From the NCBI GenBank assembly GCA_965659815.1, contig CBFHXO010000006.1, positions 1 through 56,954 of the forward strand: a DNA stretch of 56,954 nucleotides, in the 5' to 3' direction. This stretch comes from Pseudomonadales bacterium. GTDB lineage: Bacteria > Pseudomonadota > Gammaproteobacteria > Pseudomonadales > UBA7434. The first letter of the stretch is position 1. Every line of letters starts with the position of its first letter. The notes under the pieces are model-generated. The model had not been told where the DNA came from. It saw nothing but the letters and a program-made list of their open reading frames with translations, and did not search any database. Shown piece after piece: positions 30,603 to 40,835 of this stretch. Position numbers and translations under genes: made by a program.

Positions 30603-32089
30603 AAGGAGTTTTTCTCCTGTTGGTTAGAAGCATTTTTTGAATCAGTACTGTTTGTGTCAGCAATACTTTCACCAGCGACAAGCTTCGCAACCAACTGCTC
30701 CATTGCCGCAGAGCGTGAGCCTTTAACTAATACCGCCGCACCTATGCAATCATCATCGAGTAAGTATTCAGCCAACGGTTGCTGTGATTCGAATTCAGTC
30801 GCTACCCCGCTAGCCGCTTCTGCAGTAAAGCCATCGAGAGTCGAGCCCGCAAACTCGCCGATTGCGCAAAGCTGGTCAATGCCACGGCTTGCCGCATATT
30901 GGCCCATTTGATAGTGCAGCTGCGCCGCCTGCTCACCCAGTTCTGCCATATCACCCAGAACTGCAATTGTTTTGTTAGCGGCTTCGGTCGCAGGTAAACG
31001 AAGAAAAGTATCAATGGCTGCTTCTACTGCTTTGGGGTTGGCGTTATAACTGTCGTCGAGTATAGCCAGGTTATTGCGACCTGAGCGCAAAGATAAGCGA
31101 CCTGCTTCAGCCTCTACACCGGCAAGCCCATCAATAATCGCTTGGTCGCTAACATCAAGTGCCCTAGCAATTGCAATTGCTATCAGAGCATTAGAAATAT
31201 TGTGCACACCGGGCAGTTTTAGCGTAATGGGCAGTGCTGCCATCGACTTGCTGTCTTCAGCTGCTATAGCACCCTGTACATTGGCAATAAAAGACTGGCC
31301 ATTGGGCAGCTGCTGAATTGCACTGGCGTAGATATCGGCGTCGTTGTTTTGTAAACAACAACGAATAATCTGAACAGCTACGTCGCGGCGCTCAATTTGG
31401 TTACACCAACCATTGGCAAAATCATCATCAGCATTAATAACAGCAAAACCACCATCAGTTAATGCGCCGTAGATTTCACCTTTTGTTTGGGCCGTGGTTT
31501 CGAGGCTGCCAAAACCACCAATATGCGCTTCGCTAATATTGGTAACCGCACTGACATGTGGCTGGCCAATCTGCACCAGGTAATCGATATCACCGGCTTT
31601 GGCCGCGCCCATCTCCAGCACCGCGTAATCGTGCGACTCTTCCAGTCGCTGCACGGTTAGCGGCAAGCCCAACTCATTGTTTAAATTGCCCTGGGTTGCG
31701 CAAACATTGCCTGCCTGCGATAAAATCGCGGCCAACATATTTTTGCAGGTAGTTTTACCGGCACTACCGGTAATAGCCGCAACCTTGCCGCGATATGCAT
31801 CGCGATTAACCTTGGCAATCACACCGAGTGCGCGCTGGGTATCAGCAACAATAATTTGCGGTAGCGCAATATCCTGTACGGTTTCAACCACGGCAGCCAC
31901 AGCACCGCGCTCGGCAGCACTGCCAACAAAATTGTGACCATCGACATGCTCACCTTTCAATGCGACAAACAAATCACCATTTCCCACCAGGCGACTATCA
32001 ATACAAACACCGGTCACTGGTGCATTGGCGCCAGACAATACTGCATCGTTCGCTGCAGCCAGCATGTGTAAATCAATACCCGGCATCAT
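30596..32089 (-). CDS. murF: UDP-MurNAc-tripeptide--D-Ala-D-Ala ligase
   Basis: [43 protein letters not shown]. Confidence 0.97.
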   Translation of the reverse strand: MMPGIDLHMLAAANDAVLSGANAPVTGVCIDSRLVGNGDLFVALKGEHVDGHNFVGSAAERGAVAAVVETVQDIALPQIIVADTQRALGVIAKVNRDAYRGKVAAITGSAGKTTCKNMLAAILSQAGNVCATQGNLNNELGLPLTVQRLEESHDYAVLEMGAAKAGDIDYLVQIGQPHVSAVTNISEAHIGGFGSLETTAQTKGEIYGALTDGGFAVINADDDFANGWCNQIERRDVAVQIIRCCLQNNDADIYASAIQQLPNGQSFIANVQGAIAAEDSKSMAALPITLKLPGVHNISNALIAIAIARALDVSDQAIIDGLAGVEAEAGRLSLRSGRNNLAILDDSYNANPKAVEAAIDTFLRLPATEAANKTIAVLGDMAELGEQAAQLHYQMGQYAASRGIDQLCAIGEFAGSTLDGFTAEAASGVATEFESQQPLAEYLLDDDCIGAAVLVKGSRSAAMEQLVAKLVAGESIADTNSTDSKNASNQQEKNSLC

Positions 32090-33627
32090 TGATTCTGCCC
32101 CGGTTCAAGACTTGCACGAACCACGTCAACATCACTAAAGGGTAAACGCTGGTCACCAATAATTTGAAATTGCTCATGGCCTTTGCCAGCCACCAAAATC
32201 ACATCACCTGCACCGGCTTGCGCAATCGCAAATTGAATGGCGCTGGCGCGATCCTGCTCGACATTAACGTTGTGCATATCGTCGATGCCCAACAAAATAT
32301 CATCGATAATTTGCTCGGCAGGCTCGTTGCGCGGATTATCCGAAGTGACCACCACCGCATCGGCATGAGCTTTGGCAATTCGTCCCATCTCTGCCCGCTT
32401 GCCATGATCGCGATCGCCACCACAACCAAATACACACCAAAGGCTACGTTCGCTATGTGGACGCAGTGCTTTTAATGCCAACTCTAATGCATGTGGTGTA
32501 TGCGCGTAATCAACCACCACGGTTTTATCGTGCATTTGACCCTGCACGGCGCGAACAATCTCCATGCGCCCTTTAACTGCACTCACACTCTCAAATGCTG
32601 CCAGCAAACGATCGAACTCTGCACCCGTAGCTAGCATCGCCGCTAACGCCGCTAACGCATTACTTAAATTAAATTCACCGATTAATGGAATACGAATAAC
32701 ACCCTGGCCAAAAGGGGTATAAACATCGGCGCTTATCTGGTTAAGCCCGTAACGTGCATTACGTACATACACATCGGCTTCGCCCTCGGTGGAATAGCTG
32801 ATAATAGAGAGCCGTTCACGCATCTCGTCGACCAACTGCCGACCAAAAGGGTCGTCGATATTAATCACCGCAGCATCTACTGCATCCAGCGTAAACAAGC
32901 GGCGCTTGGCATCAGCGTAGCTGGCCATATCCTGATGAAAGTCAAGATGATCACGCGACAAGTTGGTTAGCACCGCAACTTTAAAATGAATCGCGTCAAC
33001 GCGATACTGCGCCAATGCATGGGAAGAAACCTCAGCGGCAACTACATCGCAGCCCTTATCGTATAGCGCTTTCATACAGGCTTGCAGTTTGACCGCATCA
33101 GGTGTGGTAAAACCGGTTTCCTGCAATGCGATTCCATCCGCTTGATAAACCCCATAACCCAGCGTACCCACCACACCGCTTTGCTGGCCTATACCATCGG
33201 CCAGGCTGGCAACCAAGTGGCTGCAACTGGTTTTACCGTTAGTGCCAGTAATACCCACGATAGAAAGCTTATCGGTAGGGTTGGCATAAAAACGTCCAGC
33301 AATACCACTAAGCTTTTCTGTTAGATTCGGAATTGAAACAATTGGCGTTGACAGCTGCATGCGAACGGCAAAGTCGGCATCGGCTTCAGCAAATACCGCA
33401 ATAGCTCCGCGCTTCACGGCATCATTAATAAAATTGCGACCATCGACGGTGAGCCCATTTACGGCAAAAAATAGATCGCCGCTAACAACTTCACGGCTAT
33501 CTGTCGCCAAACCGGTAACCGACAAGCTGGCGCAGTCATCGGGTAATATATACTCGGTTAATTCCCCCAACAGACGCGCCTGGCGTGCATTGATTGGCTG
33601 CTGACTACTCATATCAAACGCTTCCAT
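32086..33627 (-). CDS. murE: UDP-MurNAc-dipeptide--meso-diaminopimelate ligase
   Basis: GITGTNGKTS, EVSSH, DHLDFH, DYAHTP, FGCGGDRD..KR, DNPR (mDAP-type), AGKGHE. Confidence 0.98.
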   Translation of the reverse strand: MEAFDMSSQQPINARQARLLGELTEYILPDDCASLSVTGLATDSREVVSGDLFFAVNGLTVDGRNFINDAVKRGAIAVFAEADADFAVRMQLSTPIVSIPNLTEKLSGIAGRFYANPTDKLSIVGITGTNGKTSCSHLVASLADGIGQQSGVVGTLGYGVYQADGIALQETGFTTPDAVKLQACMKALYDKGCDVVAAEVSSHALAQYRVDAIHFKVAVLTNLSRDHLDFHQDMASYADAKRRLFTLDAVDAAVINIDDPFGRQLVDEMRERLSIISYSTEGEADVYVRNARYGLNQISADVYTPFGQGVIRIPLIGEFNLSNALAALAAMLATGAEFDRLLAAFESVSAVKGRMEIVRAVQGQMHDKTVVVDYAHTPHALELALKALRPHSERSLWCVFGCGGDRDHGKRAEMGRIAKAHADAVVVTSDNPRNEPAEQIIDDILLGIDDMHNVNVEQDRASAIQFAIAQAGAGDVILVAGKGHEQFQIIGDQRLPFSDVDVVRASLEPGQNQ

Positions 33628-35428
33628 GTCGCACTCGCGCCTCTGCTAAACTGTATTCACTGACCGTCTTGTCAGCCGCGCTATGAGTGGCTTGAACTTT
33701 AGCGGCGCTGCTCGCCGCCCGCCCCAATTCTTCCGCCCCCAACTCATCAAGGCGATCGGGCGCAACATTCATTAAGCGCAGTGCCGACTGCATCACCCGG
33801 GCAAACACCGGAGCGGCAATTTCACCACCGTAATAGCGCTCACCACTGGGATCGTTAATTGTGACCACTGCCACCAGCCTGGGGCTGGACGCCGGCGCCA
33901 TACCGGCAAAGGTCGCCCGATAGCGGCTTTCTTCATAACCACCCGCGCCTACCTTATGCGCAGTACCGGTTTTGCCGGCAACACTGTAGCCAGCAATGCG
34001 CGCCCTGGCGCCACCACCTTGCTCCACAACACCTTTCATCATTTCCCTGACCTCACGTACGACATCGGCCGAAATCACGCGCTCCGGCCCAACCGTGTTT
34101 TCACTATCGAGTTTTAACAAGCTCACCGGCAACTTGATACCGTCGTTGGCAATCACCGAATAGGCGCGCGCCAATTGCAAGGTATTGACATGCAAGCCAT
34201 AACCATAAGACAGGGTTGCCTTTTCTATTGGCGCCCACTGACGGTAATTGGGTAGGTAACCCGCCTGCTCGCCAGGGAAGCCAGTAGCGCAGTACTCGCC
34301 AAGACCGGCGCGGGAAAACAGACTTTGCATTTGGTCGATATCAAGGTCCAGTGCAATTTTGCTGGTTCCAACACTGCTGGATTTATTCAATACAGTCGCC
34401 AAGCTAATAGGGCCGTAGTCACCCAGGTCGGTAATTACCTTGCCGCCTATACGCATTGCCCCACCGGTGGTATCGACAATGGTATCGGCAGTGAAATCCC
34501 CCGATTCAAGCGCCGCCATAATCGTAAAGGGTTTTACTGTTGAGCCTGGCTCGAATAAGTCGATCAGCGCGCGGTTGCGCATTTTTTCCGGCAGCAACTG
34601 GCTGCGATCATTGGCGTTGTAAGATGGCTGATTAACCAGCGCCAAAATCTCGCCGCTTTGACTATCGAGAATCACCATAGAACCGGAGCGCGCCTTATAA
34701 CTTGACACCGCCGCTTTTAGTTCGCGATAGGCGATATATTGCAAACGCATATCAATAGATAAAGCCAGTCGCTGACCTTCGTTGGCGGCCTTAAGCAACT
34801 TGATATCCTTTATTACTTCATGATGCGCGTTTTTCATAACCTGCTTAAGGCCGGGCTCGGCAGTGAGGAGCGAGTCAAATGCCAGCTCTATACCCTCCTG
34901 GCCGTGATCGTCGACGTCAGTAAAGCCCACCAGATGCGATGCAACCTCACCCGCAGGGTAAAATCGCTGGTATTCGGTTTTAACAAATACACCCTCGAAT
35001 TTTTGACTGGCAATGGCCTCGGCGACACGCGGCTCAAGCTGGCGACGCAGGTAAACAAAGTTATCGTTATTGGCTAGCCGTTTGCGCAGCAAGGCGGTTG
35101 ACATATCGAGGGCGCTCGCCAGCGCCGCCAAGCTGTTGTCACTGTAATCAACTAGTGATGGCTGGGCCCATATCGACTTAACCGGCGTGCTAAAGGCGAG
35201 CAACTTACCGTTGCGGTCGACAATTTCACCGCGACTGGCAATGATGGTCTCATTGCGCAAAATTCTGGCGTCGCCCTGCTGCTGTAAAAAGGTGCGGCCA
35301 CGATGCGCATCATCACTGAGCTGGAGCTGGCCAAGACGAAATACAATAGCACCCATGGCAAGCACCAGCAGTATCCACAGCGGATATACGCGCCACGACC
35401 ATTTATTAAAGCGGTTAGCGCTGGCCAT
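33614..35428 (-). CDS. ftsI: Penicillin-binding protein 3
   Basis: RGEIVDRNG, RFYP.G, EPGSTVK (SxxK), KTGT (KTG); the SxN position reads SSS. Confidence 0.96.
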   Translation of the reverse strand: MASANRFNKWSWRVYPLWILLVLAMGAIVFRLGQLQLSDDAHRGRTFLQQQGDARILRNETIIASRGEIVDRNGKLLAFSTPVKSIWAQPSLVDYSDNSLAALASALDMSTALLRKRLANNDNFVYLRRQLEPRVAEAIASQKFEGVFVKTEYQRFYPAGEVASHLVGFTDVDDHGQEGIELAFDSLLTAEPGLKQVMKNAHHEVIKDIKLLKAANEGQRLALSIDMRLQYIAYRELKAAVSSYKARSGSMVILDSQSGEILALVNQPSYNANDRSQLLPEKMRNRALIDLFEPGSTVKPFTIMAALESGDFTADTIVDTTGGAMRIGGKVITDLGDYGPISLATVLNKSSSVGTSKIALDLDIDQMQSLFSRAGLGEYCATGFPGEQAGYLPNYRQWAPIEKATLSYGYGLHVNTLQLARAYSVIANDGIKLPVSLLKLDSENTVGPERVISADVVREVREMMKGVVEQGGGARARIAGYSVAGKTGTAHKVGAGGYEESRYRATFAGMAPASSPRLVAVVTINDPSGERYYGGEIAAPVFARVMQSALRLMNVAPDRLDELGAEELGRAASSAAKVQATHSAADKTVSEYSLAEARVRHGSV

Positions 35429-35762
35429 TAAGCGCCTCCTGCAGACTCAATTGCAGGCCTGACGGTCCGGCAGACTGCACCGCTGTGACGACAATACTGT
35501 CGTTGGCTGGCACCCGCATGCCCAGCTTATCACCGGCCACTTGCTCAATCATGGCCAGCGATGACCATGCGCCCTCTTCCAACAGTAATTGGCCGAGCTG
35601 AATCTGTTGGTGGGTGGCCTGATTTTGCAGACTTTGCAGTTCAATAAACAGCTGGCGGCTTTTGAAGCTCGAATAAACGACCGCGAGCGCAGAGAGCGTT
35701 AGCGCCACCAACAATAGGGCAGTCAAACGCAGCTGCGTATTTGACAAGGTCAGACCTGACAT
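35415..35762 (-). CDS. ftsL: Cell division protein FtsL
   Basis: TM segment then coiled coil SRQLF.ELQ...GQLLLEE..W...IE..A...LGM..P; between rsmH and ftsI. Confidence 0.92.
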   Translation of the reverse strand: MSGLTLSNTQLRLTALLLVALTLSALAVVYSSFKSRQLFIELQSLQNQATHQQIQLGQLLLEEGAWSSLAMIEQVAGDKLGMRVPANDSIVVTAVQSAGPSGLQLSLQEALNGQR

Positions 35763-35858
35763 TTGTTTATGAATCCCCTCAGATTCGTTTTTTCAAGTGC
35801 GGTTATCGCAACCGTACCTGCCTACCTCTTTACGGGCGTTTTTTTGCCCGCGACTGCA

Positions 35859-36791
35859 TTACAAGCGCTCTGCAGCTCGCAAAATAGCGCTTCGTGCGCG
35901 CGGGTTGTTCGCTAGTTCCTGCTCGTCGGCTCTATCCGCCTTAACAATCATTTTCATTCGTCGGTTTAGCGCCGCATCGGTTACTGGTATTGACGCCGGC
36001 AGCTTGTCACCTTTCACCTGGTCGCGCATAAAACGTTTAACAATGCGATCTTCCAACGAATGAAAGCTGATAATTGCCAGGCGACCACCGCTGGTCAGTA
36101 GCTCAACGCTGTCATCCAAAAACGTTTTCAGTTGTTCGAGCTCCTGATTAATATGAATTCGGATACCCTGAAAACTTCTTGTCGCCGGATGTTTGCCCTT
36201 TTCGACAAACGGCATGGCGTTATCAATAATGCTGGCGAGCTGATGCGTTGTTGTTATCGCTTTATCAACTCGCGCTTCAACAATGGCGCTGGCAATACGG
36301 GTAGCAAACTTTTCCTCACCGTATGCACGCAATACCTCGCGTATCTCTTCCATACTGGCAATGGCTAACCACTGCGCTGCGCTTTGCCCCTGGTCGGGAT
36401 CCATACGCATATCCAACTCACCGTCACGCATAAAACTGAAACCGCGCTCTGGCGCATCTAACTGTGGCGATGAAACACCCAGATCCAGCAGTATTCCGCT
36501 AACCTTGCCCTGCCACTGCTGAGCCTCAACCAGGCTGCGCAGCTGGGCAAAATCCGATTGCGCAACCACCACTTGCTCAAACTCCTGCGCCAGTTGCTGC
36601 GCTACTACAATGGCCTCGGGGTCACGGTCGACCACTAGCAGCTTAGCCCTTGGCGAGAGCCGCTTGAGTAACAGTCGACTGTGACCACCACGACCAAAAG
36701 TGCCGTCGATATAAATGCCATCGGGGTCAGTAAACCAGGCATCGACTGTCGCTGTATCCAATACCGCCTGATGTTGCAGGTCAGCAGCCAT
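35859..36791 (-). CDS. rsmH: 16S rRNA m4C1402 methyltransferase
   Basis: DGTFGRGGHS, DLGVSSPQLD..RGFSF, HPATR.FQ, SFHSLEDR, NPRARSA.LR. Confidence 0.98.
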   Translation of the reverse strand: MAADLQHQAVLDTATVDAWFTDPDGIYIDGTFGRGGHSRLLLKRLSPRAKLLVVDRDPEAIVVAQQLAQEFEQVVVAQSDFAQLRSLVEAQQWQGKVSGILLDLGVSSPQLDAPERGFSFMRDGELDMRMDPDQGQSAAQWLAIASMEEIREVLRAYGEEKFATRIASAIVEARVDKAITTTHQLASIIDNAMPFVEKGKHPATRSFQGIRIHINQELEQLKTFLDDSVELLTSGGRLAIISFHSLEDRIVKRFMRDQVKGDKLPASIPVTDAALNRRMKMIVKADRADEQELANNPRARSAILRAAERL

Positions 36792-37243
36792 TAGAGCGAA
36801 ACGGTAAAAAGCTCTTCAGGCAATGGCTGATCTTGCGCCTGACCCAAACCACTTTCACGCTCGGCATCCCAGGCCGACTCACTCCACAACTCTAATTTTT
36901 TACCCTGACCAACCAGCACCACTTTTTTGCCCAACCCCGCGTGCTCGCGCAACGAAGGTGGTAACAGCAAGCGGCCATTGCCATCGAGTTCAATATCACT
37001 GGCATAACCTAATAGCAGTCGCTGAATACGACCGACTTCGGGCTTTAAGCTGGGCAGCTCCTGAATTTCCTGCTCAATCTCTTCCCACATTGGCAGTGGG
37101 TAAATCAGCAGACACTTAACCTGCAAATGAATCGTTGCCACCAAACGTCCCGCACAGGCGTCAACCAACCGATCGCGATACTTGCTTGGCATCGCAATTC
37201 GACCTTTGGCATCCATATTGATTGGATTAACGCCCCTGAACAA
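36791..37243 (-). CDS. mraZ: Transcriptional repressor MraZ
   Basis: MFRG...DAKGR..P and D.NGRLL.P repeats; TTG start after a GGGGA RBS. Confidence 0.97.
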   Translation of the reverse strand: MFRGVNPINMDAKGRIAMPSKYRDRLVDACAGRLVATIHLQVKCLLIYPLPMWEEIEQEIQELPSLKPEVGRIQRLLLGYASDIELDGNGRLLLPPSLREHAGLGKKVVLVGQGKKLELWSESAWDAERESGLGQAQDQPLPEELFTVSL

Positions 37244-37489
37244 TTCACTTCCCCAAAAAGTAAAAACGCCGCTGTTAGCGCGTTAGAAAAATTTGTTACA
37301 GTGGAGTAAAACCAGCACAGATGGAAAAGCAGCTTGAAAAAATAGCCGGCTGAAGTGACCGGCTCAAGATCTGCCTAATAACCGCTGGACAACAACCTGT
37401 TTAACAATTGACTACTGAACTTTTGCTTGCCGCTATTTGCCGAAGCTTCAATTGCGAAACACAAACTTGCGAGGATTTGTTAAGAAAAA

Positions 37490-37561
37490 GCACTTTTTAT
37501 CCACAAATCACCACTTTACACCACATTCTCACACTATAGTGTGAGAAGCGCTCGCATGCAA
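37490..37561 (-). promoter_or_regulatory. dcw (Pmra) promoter with MraZ-type GTGG boxes at 10-bp period
   Basis: Minus strand -35 TTGCAT (37561-37556), 17 bp, -10 TATAGT (37538-37533). GTGG boxes appear as plus-strand CCAC at 37501, 37511 and 37521, with partial copies at 37490 and 37531. Confidence 0.85.
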
Positions 37562-37667
37562 GCCTTGCGTAATACAATTTTTATTATAAAAATCAATAAT
37601 TTACTAGAAAGTTGGGGCTTATCTGGACAGCAGAAATAGCAGCTTTTGGAATGAATACATGAGGCTG

Positions 37668-37704
37668 AAATCCAAACTTAATGTCCTACATTAAGTTTGG
37701 ATTT
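37668..37704. terminator. Perfect 17-bp inverted repeat, probable terminator of the PQQ gene
   Basis: aaatccaaacttaatgt-cct-acattaagtttggattt, about 70 bp past the PQQ gene stop. Confidence 0.6.
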
Positions 37705-37773
37705 ACATATATTTTTATTTGATTAAAAATTATTTTTTTATATCTTTATTGAAATGTCAGCAAACAATTGATC

Positions 37774-39486
37774 TTACTCGGAAACTTCCATGACAATAAA
37801 GGCGTTGCCTGGCTTCTGGTCAAACACACCGTAGCCTGACGTAATAAAGAGCTGACCATCGTCCAGGTACACCCCGCCCAGATCAATCGCTCCACCTTTG
37901 GCATCTTTGCCATTAACCGATGCAAATCGTTGCCGGGTATCGAACGCCCAGATATGCGCACCACTATGCGCATCAAAAACGCGTACATGACCATCCAGCG
38001 ATGGTGCAAACACCAGATTCTCAGTCGCAGTAATGGCAGCAGACAAGCCTGGATAACAACCCTTAACCTGCTTTCCTTTATCATTGATACAAACATCAGG
38101 CGCCGGGGTAGCCCATAAGGTTTCTCCGGTTTTAATATCAAAAGCATGCAATGAAGGGTTTGGTGTGCCTGCAGGGTTATCACCCAGCGCTTTAACCGGG
38201 CGGTCGCTAATAGGTACGTATAGCACTCCGCGCTGCTGGTCGACAGCCATACTAAAGTGCACACCACCCAGCTTTCCACCGGTGCCGGGTTTGTGGCTCC
38301 ATATCAGTTCGCCACCATTATCAGGGTCAAGTGCGTAAACCGCGCCATTCTTTTGACCTGCCAAAATATAATCGCGATTGGCTACTCGCGCTAAAATCGG
38401 CGGCGCACCAAAGTCCAGGTCCACCCCGCGCTCTTTGGGACAATTGGTTTCAACCAACACTTCACAAGACACATTCCAGGCATCGCTGGCCAAAAACTGC
38501 TGGTGCCAAAGCATCTCGCCAGTGTTTAAATCAAAAGCAATAATCGCATCGCTAGTGTCGGTGGCCGGGCTGGAATAATTTTCACCTGTGCCTACGTAAA
38601 TCCGATTACGGCTGACATCGAGTGTGGGTTGCGACCATACGGGCGCACCCGAGGGGCCGCGCATATCGGGCAACAGTAAGCGCTTTTTGGTAACCGCCGC
38701 CGCCTCCTCAATCATATCAGCGCGCCACAAAATCTCACCGTTAGACGGCTGCAAGGCAATTAATGAGCTGCGAAAAGTGCAGCAACCATAAAAGGGGTTC
38801 ATGGCATAGAATGCCTCCCATGACGATACCGGCTGGTAGATAATACCGTTGTGGTCAATCGAAGAACCCGAGACCATGGTTTTAGAGTGACTGTCGGCAA
38901 CAATACGCCAGCGCTGCTGGCCGGAAATCGGGTCTATGCCAAATACTTCGCCCCCTGCAGTACCAAAGCTAAGCAGCCGCTCAGACTCGCCATTGGTATC
39001 GCGATAATTAACCAGACGTATCGCAGTACGCACAGTATTTTCTGCATCAAAGCGCCACTTTTCACAACCGGTTTCACGGTCCAGTGCATAAACTACACCC
39101 GGCTCATCACCAATATAAACAGTATTGCTTGTAATCAATGGCTGGCTATGTGGCGTTTTGGTATTGGGCATGGCAAATACCCATTTAATCTTTAGTTTAT
39201 CCAGCGCTGCTTTACTAATACCGGCATCTTGCTCTGCTATAAATCGATGGTTACGGCGGTTGATACCCCAGCCATTAATTGCTGGCGTCAGATCAATAGT
39301 AGCTGCCGTCGTGGGTGAACAATCGCTTGCCGATATCGTCGATGCCTGAGTAAGCAACAAAGCCGTCAGCGCGATAGTGACTGGCGAAGATAGCGCCCGC
39401 TGTCGGATGTGCTGTCGGGTATGCTGTCGGGTGTACTGCCGTAGAAACTGTTGTAAAAACTGAAGTAAATCGATTAACTTTAACAA
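37774..39486 (-). CDS. Exported PQQ-dependent dehydrogenase, polyvinyl-alcohol-dehydrogenase-like, without a cytochrome c domain
   Basis: Trp-docking repeats (ALDRETGCEKWRF, AFDLNTGEMLW, ALDPDNGGELIW), vicinal CCTFR, GPSGAPVWS.P, TGENYSSP, DLDFG. Hydrophobic signal stretch; TTG start with GGAG 8 nt upstream. Confidence 0.85.
   Translation of the reverse strand: MLKLIDLLQFLQQFLRQYTRQHTRQHIRQRALSSPVTIALTALLLTQASTISASDCSPTTAATIDLTPAINGWGINRRNHRFIAEQDAGISKAALDKLKIKWVFAMPNTKTPHSQPLITSNTVYIGDEPGVVYALDRETGCEKWRFDAENTVRTAIRLVNYRDTNGESERLLSFGTAGGEVFGIDPISGQQRWRIVADSHSKTMVSGSSIDHNGIIYQPVSSWEAFYAMNPFYGCCTFRSSLIALQPSNGEILWRADMIEEAAAVTKKRLLLPDMRGPSGAPVWSQPTLDVSRNRIYVGTGENYSSPATDTSDAIIAFDLNTGEMLWHQQFLASDAWNVSCEVLVETNCPKERGVDLDFGAPPILARVANRDYILAGQKNGAVYALDPDNGGELIWSHKPGTGGKLGGVHFSMAVDQQRGVLYVPISDRPVKALGDNPAGTPNPSLHAFDIKTGETLWATPAPDVCINDKGKQVKGCYPGLSAAITATENLVFAPSLDGHVRVFDAHSGAHIWAFDTRQRFASVNGKDAKGGAIDLGGVYLDDGQLFITSGYGVFDQKPGNAFIVMEVSE
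39400..39471. repeat. Six progressively diverging 12-bp tandem repeats in the PQQ gene N-terminus
   Basis: ctgtcggatgtg / ctgtcgggtatg / ctgtcgggtgta / ctgccgtagaaa / ctgttgtaaaaa / ctgaagtaaatc. Confidence 0.85.
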
Positions 39487-39683
39487 GGACGTCGCTCCAA
39501 TAAATTACTCTACTGAAAAGGATAATTTCAGTTAGCAAAAAGCCGTTATAAAAATAGGGCTTTACATTAAAGCGAATTTAGTCAGGGTACGCCAGTATCG
39601 ACAGTCAAACTATCTATATCGTCATAGTAGTTTTTTGTGCGGCAACACAGATTTTATTAAGAATAAATACCTGCAGCTTGAGG

Positions 39684-40814
39684 CTAGTCAGCCAGCAGTT
39701 GGCCCAACACATCAATCAGCTGACGGTTTTGCTGTTCGGAGCCAACGCTGATTCGCAAGTATTGCGCAATGCGCGGTGTCGCAAAATAACGCACAATAAT
39801 ATTGTGCTCGCGCAACTGCTCACCCAGCTGCCTGGCATCACGGCTTTTATGTTTAACCAACACAAAATTGGCCGCCGAAGGCAAGCTTTCAAAACCCAAG
39901 GACGCAAACGACTCAAGTAGCGCGTTTCGATTGGCTATCACCTTGGCTTTAACCGACTGAAAGTAGTCTTCATCCTGAAAACTGGCAATCGCCGCAGTTT
40001 GCGCCAGGCGATCGATGGGGTATGAATTAAAGCTATTTTTCACCCGCTGCAAGGCTTCAATCAGATGTGCGTTGCCAACCGCATAACCTACGCGCATACC
40101 CGCCAGCGCCCGCGATTTGGACAATGTGTGGACCACCAGTAAATTGTTATAGCTTTGTGTAAGATCGACAACCGAGCTCAAACCCTCTTGCTGCTGCTCG
40201 TCAATAAAATCGATATAGGCCTCATCGACAATCACCACCGAGCTGGGATTGGCCTCGAGCAACGCGATAATGCCCTGTCGCGACAAACCAATACCAGTAG
40301 GCGCATTGGGGTTGGCGAAAATAATTCCTCCATTGGCGCGCTGATAGTCGGCAACATCAATGCAGAACTGGGCGTTTAACGGCACCGTTTGATATTCAAT
40401 ACCATAAAGCTGGCAGTAAACGGGATAAAAGCTGTAAGTTAAATCGGGAAATAATATCGGCTGCGCTTGACGAAAAAAGGCATTAAACGCATGCGCTAGT
40501 ACTTCATCCGAACCGTTGCCAAGAAAAATATTATCGCTAGTCATCGCTACCGAATCCGTTGAGAAGTATTCGGCAATTACTCTTTTTAGCGCCATCGAGT
40601 CTGGGTCGGGGTACAAACGCAGCTGCTCACCTAGCTGTGACTGAACAGCCGCCAGAACCGCTGGCGACGGAGGGTAAGGACTTTCGTTAGTATTCAGCTT
40701 GACCAGATTGGTATTGACTGGCTGCTCTCCCGGCACATAGGGTTCGAGCTGCTTAACAAAGTTACTCCACAAACCCTCTGCGTGAGTGCTGGTATTATCA
40801 GGTTGATCGCTCAT
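39684..40814 (-). CDS. hisC: Histidinol-phosphate aminotransferase
   Basis: KLNTNESP, YPD, GNGSDE, NPNAPTG, DEAY, TLSKSRALAGMRVGY. Confidence 0.97.
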   Translation of the reverse strand: MSDQPDNTSTHAEGLWSNFVKQLEPYVPGEQPVNTNLVKLNTNESPYPPSPAVLAAVQSQLGEQLRLYPDPDSMALKRVIAEYFSTDSVAMTSDNIFLGNGSDEVLAHAFNAFFRQAQPILFPDLTYSFYPVYCQLYGIEYQTVPLNAQFCIDVADYQRANGGIIFANPNAPTGIGLSRQGIIALLEANPSSVVIVDEAYIDFIDEQQQEGLSSVVDLTQSYNNLLVVHTLSKSRALAGMRVGYAVGNAHLIEALQRVKNSFNSYPIDRLAQTAAIASFQDEDYFQSVKAKVIANRNALLESFASLGFESLPSAANFVLVKHKSRDARQLGEQLREHNIIVRYFATPRIAQYLRISVGSEQQNRQLIDVLGQLLAD

Positions 40815-40835
40815 AATTTTAAGGTGTTTATCGCC

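Noticed and set aside
37244-37773. RNase P RNA (rnpB), often upstream of mraZ
   Set aside because: I could not find the conserved GAGGAAAGTCC core on either strand; the region is AT-rich promoter DNA.
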